Both the position numbers and the translations under genes were made by a program. A stretch of 62,777 nucleotides of DNA, counting the filler, from Rhabdomonas costata (taxonomy: Eukaryota), in NCBI GenBank assembly GCA_019059605.1. It is 24 parts of 24 records of this genome, joined end to end, with 100 filler letters (N's around TTAATTAATTAA, not from the genome) between each part and the next. Parts side by side here need not be neighbours in the genome. Positions count along the whole stretch, not along the records: positions 1 to 2,521 come from JAHMHO010003021.1; positions 2,622 to 5,147 come from JAHMHO010003022.1; positions 5,248 to 7,768 come from JAHMHO010003023.1; positions 7,869 to 10,387 come from JAHMHO010003024.1; positions 10,488 to 13,007 come from JAHMHO010003025.1; 19 more parts are not named here. One strand, 5' to 3'. Below the pieces are notes generated by a model that did not search any database, had not been told where the DNA came from, and saw only the letters and a program-made list of their open reading frames with translations. Positions 1 to 10,529 of this stretch are shown in pieces (position 1 is the stretch's first letter; each line of letters begins with the position of its first letter).

Positions 1-1477
1 GGGGTTGGGTGTCCGTAAATACCACTGAAGGCACAAAAGACACGCTCCAGTCCACGATATTCAAGGCGAATAAGCGGATTATGTCGCCGGCAAGAGAAAA
101 GCTAACCTGCCACATGCCCTTTGGGGGCCAGGGCGAGCTTCCGACGTCCAGCTCGAATCCGCCGCAGTACCACCACTCCAAGTATCCCCAAAAGAAGTCC
201 CACTACGCAGGCAAGCGGTATCACTATCTTCTGAACCACCTGCGTGGTGCTTATCGTCGAGGAAGGGGTGGGCGCGTAGCGATCCTTCAGGCTGCTCACC
301 AGAAGCGACGGTGACGAGGTGCCGTCCACACATCGCATCGCCAGGACTTTCGCCTGAACTACCGCCCGGATGGAGCTGCTGATAGGCGTGAACCCAAGCG
401 TCATCGTAATCGTCTGCGCCGTGTCCCCCAACATGAACAGCATGTACTGCTGCAGCCAGTACGCCCGCTCACAGCTCATCCCCTCTTGCCGATACACAAA
501 GTAAGTGTAGCCGGCTATGGGATACGCCGGGGGCTGCCCATTCACAATGCTCGCAGAGAGCCCGCTGCCTGGGCGGCTCATCTCACCCAGGAACTGGTCC
601 GCTGCTGCCGCAATCGAGCTCATGCTCAGCACGGCGTCCACAGCCCCCGTGCTGCTATCCACAAACTCCGCCGCGTTCAGGCTGTACTGAAATGCAGTGT
701 TCGAGCCCACATACCCCAAAGAGTACGGCGTGCACAGAAGCCCCACTGCCATGTCGTTGCCCCCGGGAACCGCGATGACATTCCCCGTGGCATTGGGCCA
801 CGAGACTACCGTGCCCACGGATGTCCACTGCGGATCAAAGGCCTATGCAATGACCCCCACCCAAAAAATAGTCACACTTAACAAGAAAAAAAGAGTCGAA
901 CATCAGAAGACTTTCAACAGGATCCCACAATGCACACGTTTAGAGCTGCTGTGAAGACACTGGTCGTCCCACTCGACTCGCTTCGCACCAGCCGCGTGAT
1001 CGGAACGTGCGGAAGCATGCCCATCCCTGCGGCGCCCGGATTCAGCTCCAAAACGGCCTCATCGTCCCAGTACATCACCCGCTCTAGGTAGATCGCCACC
1101 AAAATCTCACGACTCAGGTTCAGCAAAGCTCCAGAAGGCCCCAGCCCAGGCAGGTGGTACCCCACCGCAACTCCGCTCAGGAACAGCGGAAGCTGCACCA
1201 CCTCCGGGGCTACCGAGACCTCCGTTGCGGACAGTGGGGCCTCGGAGCATGCGAAGTCGACCGTGCCATTTAGCAGAGCCTCCTTCCCCAATCCACTGCC
1301 CGTCCCGCTGTACGCAATGCTGTAGGGATGGCCTTGGAAGGACGTGGTTAGAGAATGCTGGAGGTATTGCACCAATGTGGAACCCGAGCCCTCCAGAACT
1401 GCAGCGGAGCTCGGTGTACTGAGAACTCCAATAAGCCCGAGAAACGCAAGAAGAGAAGAGTATATGGCATGTGACAT
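1..1477 (-). CDS. Receptor-type adenylate/guanylate cyclase with a PstS-like phosphate-binding ectodomain, 3'-truncated. Exons 1477-938, 842-107, 24-1
   Basis: Signal peptide MSHAIYSSLLAFLGLIG. PstS motifs GSGST, YSGTGSGLG, DFACSEAPL, RSESSGTTSVFT, SLGYV and YPIAGYTY. TM helix IVIPLACVVGLLLGILGVVVL followed by RRIR. GT-AG introns 937-843 and 106-25 join in frame, the second giving APKGHVA|VVFTD, the start of a class III cyclase domain. Confidence 0.85.
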
Positions 1478-1487
1478 GACGTATGAA

Positions 1488-1520
1488 CTGCGAAGAAGGG
1501 TGCAAAAAAAAAAGGTTAGT
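1488..1520 (-). promoter_or_regulatory. 3' splice acceptor (branch point, pyrimidine tract, CAG) 10 nt upstream of the ATG; SL trans-splice site or 5'UTR intron
   Basis: Minus strand reads ACTAAC, a C/T-rich tract, then gcacccttcttcgCAG|ttcatacgtcATG. Confidence 0.6.
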
Positions 1521-2521
1521 TCCAATGTAACCAATCCAGTTCTGCGAAGCGTCACGTTTCGGAAAAGTGATTATGAGTCTTGAGGAGAAAGTCAGCGTGA
1601 GCGTTGGCGTCCGGGAAAAAACATCCTGCTAACCTTGAGCGAAAGTTCAAAATCAGATATCATGCTTTTTTTCCTGAGACCAAACAAATTTGGAGGATTG
1701 CCACCTATGGTACCACGGAGTTACTGCAGAAACTATAATCCAGACAGTTCTTAGCACCAGCCCCACTGCCGACCAGAATTGCGATGCATTGTAAAGATGA
1801 GGCATCCACCCGGAATATTGCTCCGCCCGCAAGACCAGCGATCGACCCACATTCAGCATGTGCGAAATACATCAATTCACGGTGCCTGTGAGCAGAAAAA
1901 AGGCCCAAAGGCACAAGCCAGTGACCTGTGATTGACAAAACGACATGCTTAATAGTTCAACCCTTGCGCTAAACGGGTAACACATCGTCTCGGTGCCTTC
2001 AGAGCACAGCCATCATCGGCGATGCGTTTGTCCATACTCCTGGTCCAAAAGTCATGGCAAAAACACAATCCACGCTAACCACAGCTTCTGTTTTACACGC
2101 CATCCGCAACGTGATTGCGAAAGATGGGGGGGGGGGGGCATGCGCGTCGAACTGGTGGCTGCGGATTCAGCAGCCACCTCAGCAATAGACCAGGCAAGGG
2201 GAGAAAAGCAAAGGAAACGCTCAAGTCCCCCCGTTGCTTGCCAACCGAAAACGAGAGAGTAAGATAGCAATACATGCTCCGGGAGAGTGGGGGAGCGAGA
2301 GAGGAGTTCGTTCGGATCGGCAGCTCGCAAGCCAGCACTGACTCTATCCTCCTTTGAAAAGCCGTCTGCCTCACACATCGGCACTGCACCCGAGGGTGCC
2401 TGCTGCGTGTTTGGAAGAAAGCCCCCAGAACACGCAGACACACAAGAAAACCGACACACGCATTTGCTCCCGTCACTTGGCTTCCTCTGCGCCTTCCTCT
2501 CGCGCATCATCCAACCCAAAA

Positions 2522-2621
2522 NNNNNNNNNNNNNNNNNNNNNNNNNNNNNNNNNNNNNNNNNNNNTTAATTAATTAANNNNNNNNNNNNNNNNNNNNNNN
2601 NNNNNNNNNNNNNNNNNNNNN
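2522..2621. other. Artificial contig-joining spacer (first of 23)
   Basis: 44 N + TTAATTAATTAA + 44 N. The same spacer starts at 5148, 7769, 10388, 13008, 15628, 18248, 20868, 23488, 26108, 28726, 31345, 33964, 36582, 39222, 41841, 44453, 47072, 49691, 52309, 54927, 57545 and 60164. Contigs are all about 2.51-2.54 kb. Confidence 0.98.
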
Positions 2622-2627
2622 GGGTTT

Positions 2628-4976
2628 TTGGTGGTGGTGGTCACCCTACTGGCTCTGGGGGGGCTGCGAGCAGTGTGGGGAGAGTTCTACCAGGTAGACC
2701 TCCCTGCGACCACCCCGCCCGTGGTCCGAGTGAGCTGCGTTCTGCCCACCCTGAAGATCGAGGCCTCGGCAAGGACGGAGAAGATGCTGGCGCAGACCCG
2801 TGCCAGGGTTCTGGAGGGCGACGACCTTGTTATGTGGTCCGAGGTGCTTGTGCCTGTCTTTGTTTGTCAGTAAGGTTTGTTTCCGAGGCATGAAGGCCAG
2901 AGCGGGCAGGTGCAAAAAGCGGGAACTTCAAAGAACCGCGGTTCACTTCGACATCGTGGTGTTCCGCCCACCAGAAGAAGGGTGATCCGCTCCCCGTGGG
3001 AAGTTGCCAAGAAGAGAAAAGTCGAACTCTGGAGGGAGGAAGACCGTGACAACAGCAATGTCTCTGCCCGGGCTGTGTGCCTCTGCAATGCCATGCCATG
3101 GCCACTGGTCCATATCCGCGACCGGGGTGAATTGTTGATCACTTGATACACGTGACCACGACCGCGGATCGGTCAAGTCAGAATAGGAAATGTGGTCATG
3201 CCCCAATGCGGCACCCCATCTCTTATGACCATCTTCACTAATCATCTCCAGTGGTTCCGGGTGGATTCTTACTTGGATGCAGAATGCTTGGGACCCTGAC
3301 CCCGACCATATCCCTGACCCCTGCCATAATTGATGCTACCCACGATTACCTGTATAAGGGGTAGGGTGCAAAGCCCCGTCACCTTTGAAATTAAAACCTC
3401 TTGAGACTCGAAACTTGAGATCTGAAAAGCATAGAATGGCATTCGGATTTTCTGCATCCAAAGACACTCCCTTTGTCAGGAAAAAAAATTGGCAGGAAAT
3501 GATGAACTCACGATGTTTCCCGGGTTCCCGTTCCCTGCTTCCGGCTAGGCTCTGAAACTCGTTGACTTGGGGTCGTCGCTTGCCCTTGCTTTTTCCCCAG
3601 GCTGCTGTATTGGTGAAGGGCGAGCAAGAGGAGAAGGAGCTGCTGCAGAGGGTGCAGAGTCTGGTGGGGCGCGGTGTCCCAACCAACGGAAGCTTTGTGG
3701 GGTTCACCTACGTTCTCGAAACAACTCCCAAGAACGGTGGTAGTGTTGGCTTTCCTCTCCCATTGTGAGCATATTTTCAGAGAAGGCAGAAGGCAGTTGC
3801 CAACTCACAAAAGAAAGGTTCCGAAAAGCACAGCTTCAACAGGTCGCGACAACCTCTAAGACAGATATAGAATGGGTTCGGTTTCTGTTGTGCAAACCGT
3901 ACAAACCGTACAAAGGATCAAAAATCACCAGGGGGAAATGGCTCATCAGTCGCGGGAAGAATGCTCGTGTTCTTCACTACCGCCAAAACCGCAGCCACCG
4001 CCAGCACCACAGCCGCTATGCCATCCGCAACAACAACACGCCATTTCACGGCCACCGCCGAGCGCAGCGCCCGCGGCAAGCTCCCAAAAGAGGCGGCTTG
4101 CCGCAGGTCAGTTCCAGTGGGCGACGCCACCACTTTGAGGGGTAACCGCGTCGCTTCACAAACACTTAAGCTCGCCGCCATGAAGCCGTAAATCCGGACG
4201 TTTCTGTGCCCTGTTACATCTGTACCTCCATATATATGGAGGTATCTTTCGGGCCGGATGTATTAAGATAGTCTCTTGCGATTTTTTTGTTGCTGTAGTT
4301 GGACCTGCTTGATACTTCCGTTTTCAGGGGTGTGGGGCACGCGGTGGTGTTGCGCATACAGACTCCAGTCTAAAGTGGTCAGAAGTAGTAGTTGGTATGC
4401 CCGTAGGTACGAACTTGTGGTTGTGCGGTGACTCATTAGCTTGGGGTTGCGCCAATCAGCAACATCACACTGATACACACTACACACACACGCGGTGGTA
4501 TGCGAGGATCTCAGCGTTTGAGAGGTTCTATGGGAAATGGGGGATGTGCAGGCAGCTCTGTGCTGTCCAACAAGTTTACTCTTGTGACGCCTGGTGGGTC
4601 GGTCGCTTGGCGGTACACAAAGTCCCACCCTGTTCCTTTTCTGGAGACAACGGTTCCTGGCCCTGCAACGATCCCCGTGTACGACTCGCCGAAGCTGGGA
4701 AGGTTTCCCCCCCCCCATCCATTACTACTCCTGTTGGTGCAGTGAGAATACGCTGTAGCTTGTTCTAGCCTTGGATACCACCCCTTTGCTGCTGAGCGGA
4801 GGTTCAAGGCATATCGCACACGCACACGCACACGCACACGCACACGCACACGCACACACCCACTGCACTTCGGGCAGGCTTGGCGGAGCGATCTGTATGG
4901 ACATGGAGTTTCCGTACTTCATGCGGGAGGCGGGCAACGCGGGCGTGGACTTCTTTCTGCAGCCCAGCAACACTTG
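2628..4976 (+). CDS. Apolipoprotein N-acyltransferase (Lnt)-like carbon-nitrogen hydrolase, partial. Exons ~2628-2843, 3601-~3736, 4552-4702, 4878-4976
   Basis: A hydrophobic helix precedes the nitrilase E-K-C triad, which is split across GT-AG exons: DLVMWSE, YTKSHPVP, GAICMDMEFP, then GVDFFLQPSNTW. Confidence 0.85.
4815..4856 (+). repeat. (CGCACA)7 microsatellite in an intron
   Basis: Perfect hexamer tandem repeat. Confidence 0.95.
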
Positions 4977-5251
4977 GTATGCTGTTCATATAATGCATAG
5001 TGAACCACATCGGCTGACGTGTAGGTCACCGGCAACTTAGCAACGGATGGAATAAAGCTTCCAAACTAACTTCATTATCAGCGTCATTATTTTCACTTCA
5101 TTATTATTGAAAGAACTGAGTTCACGTGGAATGAAAAATCCAAAAACNNNNNNNNNNNNNNNNNNNNNNNNNNNNNNNNNNNNNNNNNNNNTTAATTAAT
5201 TAANNNNNNNNNNNNNNNNNNNNNNNNNNNNNNNNNNNNNNNNNNNNGTTG

Positions 5252-5612
5252 TTGGGTGACTCAGTACAAAATAGTTTTTCAGGACAATACACAATTGTTT
5301 CTTCAATCCCAGTACCTCTACAAGTACAACCACTACAAAATTGTGAATGAATTTCAAGCAACGTGTTCATGCATAATTTTGTAGTGGTTGTACTTGTAGA
5401 GGTACTGGGATTGAAGAAACAATTGTGTATTGTCCTGAAAAACTATTTTGTACTTACCACTCTGCAATTATCCACGCAAAAATAGCATTGGGTGACTCAG
5501 TACAAAATAGTTTTTCAGGACAATACACAATTGTTTCTTCAATCCCAGTACCTCTACAAGTACAACCACTACAAAATTGTGAATGAATTTCAAGCAACGT
5601 GTTCATGCATAA
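5252..5612. repeat. Direct-inverted-direct triplication, likely an amplification chimera
   Basis: 5252-5376 equals 5488-5612 (direct). 5375-5454 is the exact reverse complement of 5263-5342. It lies at the contig start. Confidence 0.9.
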
Positions 5613-8600
5613 ATTTAACTTTCATACGGCGCAGATAAAATTTAAAACAGAGGTGCAGTGTCTTCCATATTCCTACCTAATCTCTTTGTACATATATATG
5701 CTGGAAATCTTGGTGGAGCACATAGTAGCAAAACGGAACCATCATGCGCTCAAAAGGTGATTTCGAGATCACATCTACGCACCACAAGTCACCTACGTAT
5801 TTTAAGCGCCAAACTCAGTTACAAAACACTCATCAACACTCCCAACATTCTCTCCAACTCCTCCTCCAAGGCAGCACAACTCTAACAAGCCTGGATACAC
5901 ACCAGTGACACTGGACGCTTCTAGGTTCTTTACAATTTCGCATCATCACGGCATTTTCTCCCTGGTTTTTCACACATGTTTACATGAAACTGGAGCTTGT
6001 ATTGCTCAAACTTACTTCACATACTCCAAGTTGCCTTCTTATTGTCATTGCTATAATGACCCAAAAATAACCACAAAAGCAAAATCAAGTTTTTCTCTAC
6101 AATTTTGCTTTGCAGAATCCCGCAAATAGCGTCACTAGACTTACGGCACAAGAAATAGAACAAACGAGCTCTACATACCGTAATATCAAGAAATTGTGCA
6201 GTTTGAAGCGCGGCAGACACTACTAGCGTAATACATAACGTTACAGGAGCATTTACTTGAAACTCAATGCAGTATTGACAGAGACTGAGATATAGATCTT
6301 TGCAGATTCATATTGTAGACGCATAATGACGCATAATGATTTTAAAAACGTGAGTATTTGTGGTGGGCAATGTTGAGATGGTATCAGGCAGAGTTTTAAT
6401 AAAATAACATTGTGCTGTAAATGATATTGTTGCCTGTGCGCAGATAATTGTTCAATTCACACACTACCTATGAGTTTGAATGAAAATATGAGAGCCACAC
6501 AACGTATTTTAACTTCAAAACTGACAGTGCAGGAAATGTTTTAGTGGTAATCAAGTCTTCAGGATCTCACCTACCTTATTTTTTTAACTATGAGTTTCTC
6601 CAACAAAACGGGTGCTTTATTTCTTGTATTGATCATTAAACATGATGTGTAGTCTCCACATGAATCAACGTGTGTAATTTTAGTGGATTTCACACCAAAA
6701 ACACAATTAAATGTGATAAAAACAATTGCGTTGTTTCAATTAAATGGAAGTATGAAACTTCACGCCAGACACATGGAAGAACCGGAGAGCAATGAGAAAA
6801 ACAGCGTTAGTACAAAAAGACTGCCCATCCGACCGTTTTTGCAATCAACATCAGTGAGAAGCAGCACATGAATTATTGCCAGAAGGATTGATGTGTTGCA
6901 CATGGTACGCATACAGCTTCGGAAAAAGGAAACAGCGGCGTGCACACTGGAAGCGTATCCAGAGAGCCACAACTTCACATTTTCCATTTTTACCACAAGA
7001 ATCAACGAGACACCGAGCCTTAGAACCTGATAAATTAGTTGCAGCACCGAAAGCCAAGTCGTCAAGTTGATGTTTACTGTGGAAGCGCATCTGCAAAGAT
7101 CATACCGAAAAGGACCACGCCATCTTCAGCTGCTCTATGTTTGGAACGTTTAAGGTGACGAAACGTGATTACCTCACTTTACATCAGCATCAGTGGCTAT
7201 AAAATTAAACAAACAATCATCTGCACCAAAAACTCTCGCATTTTCCAGTTGTTTTACTTCCTGTGGTTTTCTCCTGCGCGCCTTTGGCACAACATATGTT
7301 ACATGGTCCCGCGCACCCACCTCATACATAACTCTCCTTGCAAAATACATGCGCTTTCAAAAAGCGAAGTTTTCACCATCATCAATTAACAAACTAACGT
7401 GCCTTGCGTTTTTTGCGACCACATCATGATTGCCAACCGCGTGATTTACTATCAAAGCCCACGTTTGTCAACCATATCTTGCTGATTTTTTGTTTTCTTT
7501 AGAGTCACTGTCAGACATGCAAAGCAGAGCCAACAGCTCAAAGCATGAGAGCCTCAAAAATAAATTGAGTTTCTAGATTCAGTATCGTTTTCGTTACTTG
7601 TATCCATCCATAATGAGAATTGCACTGATGTGATTGTTTAGAAATTACACTTGGCAAACTAGAATAAACGTTTTTCTTACAAAACACACATTTTCAACAA
7701 TTTGTTTTTCGGCTATTCAAGAGCGAGTATATCTAAAAGATTTCTGCAGTAAAACATGCAACAACAACNNNNNNNNNNNNNNNNNNNNNNNNNNNNNNNN
7801 NNNNNNNNNNNNTTAATTAATTAANNNNNNNNNNNNNNNNNNNNNNNNNNNNNNNNNNNNNNNNNNNNAAGTGTATGGGCGAGCCCCATCTCCTTCCGGA
7901 ACAGGCTTTTTTTGATTTGATGTTTGCAGAGTCCGCTCTGCTCTCAGAACATCGCGACTCCCGACAAGTAAGGGAGTTTCCGAGTGTGACCTCGGCCGAG
8001 CAGCGCCTCTCCTCTCTCTCTTCTGGCTACTGACTGACCTGGTGACAAAAAACGAAAGGCCCCGAGGAGACTCGCCACCTCAATGATGGGCCCAGATGGT
8101 TTCAAAAAATGTTGAAGGCGACCAGTCGGTGTTGGAGAGCTACGAAAGAAAGACAACCGCACAGTAGTAACAAGTGGGGAAAAGACGGAAGAGATGAATG
8201 CTCCCGTGAGAAACCTGAAAAGAACGACAATGCAAAACGCAGGAACACAGCGACTGGCACATGTTGCCGTTTTCCGGTGTTCCAAACAAGATCCATATTC
8301 TTTTGGGCCTTTTGGGCACTTATCCGAAGCAACGATGGGTGGGGGCACACAGTACTTTCCGGGTTTGCTAAGAAGCAGGACTGCATAGGTCCCAAAAGTT
8401 TCCCAATATGGGACCAAACAAAACGCGTTACCTAGGCGAAGAGATGCAGATGCACCGTACCCATCAAGTTAAAGCACCATACCGGCGAAGAGGGCGTTGC
8501 TCCAACTTGTTCTGCCGAGCCTCGGCCTCCGCAGCCCTGGCTGTGCAAAAAAGCAGAGCCCAGCAAAAAAAGCAGCCCGAAGGGAGTCGAAGTTAGGGCG

Positions 8601-10529
8601 GCGGTGTGTGATGCGTTGTGCGACAAACAGACAATTGAGAAGCTTTTTCCCGGGAAACTGGTGCGCGGGTTGTGTGTGGTGAGGTGGGGTGATTGGTGGC
8701 GAGATGGAAAGTATTAGTGAGTATTTGTCTCGGCAAACTTAGAATAGGTGGTGCACGTTTTTGTGTACTCCAGTGCTCTAGTGAGGGTAACCTTGACGGC
8801 GAGCCTCCCCGCGGGCAAACAGCTGGGCCCACTCTGGGGCGAAACAGAGAGTCCCCGAAGCCGCAGCGGGCTTCGCAGACAAAGGGGCGTCATCCTCACG
8901 CGCCTTGCGCTTCCGAGCCGCCGACACCCCCAATTTTCACTCACTTTTCTTCTCGCCTCTTCGGCCACAACCGAAGAAAGGAGTTCCCAAATGAGAGGGC
9001 GGGCAGCAAAAATAAGAGCAACGCGATTGTTATAGCTGCAAAGCGATCACCTGCTCCCCAAGGTAAGTGACAGCACACGGATTGCGAGTTGCGAGTCAAT
9101 CGGGATGGTTGGGTTAATGCAGCGCAAAATTGCATTCATTCACCCCGTATCACGTGGGGAAGTCTCCCCAAAAACGCTTACACGAAGCAAAGGCTTTGTC
9201 TCTATGCAATTCTAATGTCAACTCACATCACTGGTGATTGACAGTTGAGGTTGTCGCAGGGGAAGGCTGTGAGATGTATGTCGTGTGTTATGCACAAGCA
9301 TACTTTCCGCTATTGCGAGGGGTTGTGTGCATTCGGTACCCTGCCTCTTGGTGGTGTTCCGACTTTGACTTAAGGGGGCTTGAGGGGGGTGCTAAACGTT
9401 TACACACACTTGACACAGTCGAACAGTCGAAAACTTAAAATATCATCTAAGGTGAATTGACACAGCTTCCCTGCCCTCCTTTCGGCACATACTATTATTG
9501 GCGGTGGTGGTGGTGGGCTAAACCATTGGGCGAAGTAAAAAGATGGAACGTTGATAAACCGTAACGCATCATAATAAGGGTTAAACTCCCAACAACAAAG
9601 TCCTTCGGACCCTGCCTTCAGTGAGCCACATTCTTTTTTTGAAGGCAAAATGTTGTTCCTTCGGGTACAAACATATCATTCTGACCGAGGATGAAAACTT
9701 CGCCGGGACCAAGCTGCAACACTCCTCCTCCTGGGCATTCCTCGTCGTACCGTCCTGCGAAGTCCGTATATTGAAACCAGTTCGTTCCCTGGAAACCAGG
9801 AGGAAACCAAACCTTAGTAGTGTTTTCTGAGTAATTCTTTTAATGTAAGCCCGGGTTGGGAGGACTAGCCATATAGCCACCTATTTCTCTAAACTGTCCA
9901 TTTTAGAATGGTAGGGTCTGGTAACCAGCTTGTGTGGGGAATAAACTTGCAAGAGGTCAAAACGCCCCCTGCGCAGGAGGAGCGTGCGAGTTTGAGGGGC
10001 TTGAGGAGGCCTCGAGCCATTCGCCCAGACCCGTTAGGCGTGGGATGAGGGGTGGATTGACTTTTTACAGATACTTTGTTTACACTGTTCGACACCCCAT
10101 ACGCGTTCAAGACCCCTCCCCCCAGCACACACATAACACAACAGTGCCCAGCTTCAACAAGCCGGCACGCCATTCCTGGAGGCTGCAACTCCCACAACCC
10201 ATTTCCTCTATTCTGCACGACGATGCCAGCCAATGCAAACACAGGGCCCCGTCAAATCTCGTGGACGAAAAAGTGAAGACCGAAATTCAAGGGCAGGTTC
10301 CGAGCGCCAGTGCAGAGTGGCGAGTGAGGCCAAATCGTTACGGAGGAATTGACCACCACGTTCACGCTAACCCAAAACACCAACACANNNNNNNNNNNNN
10401 NNNNNNNNNNNNNNNNNNNNNNNNNNNNNNNTTAATTAATTAANNNNNNNNNNNNNNNNNNNNNNNNNNNNNNNNNNNNNNNNNNNNTTTGGGTTACGGG
10501 ATTTGACCCCAATGGAGACTATGTGGGGG

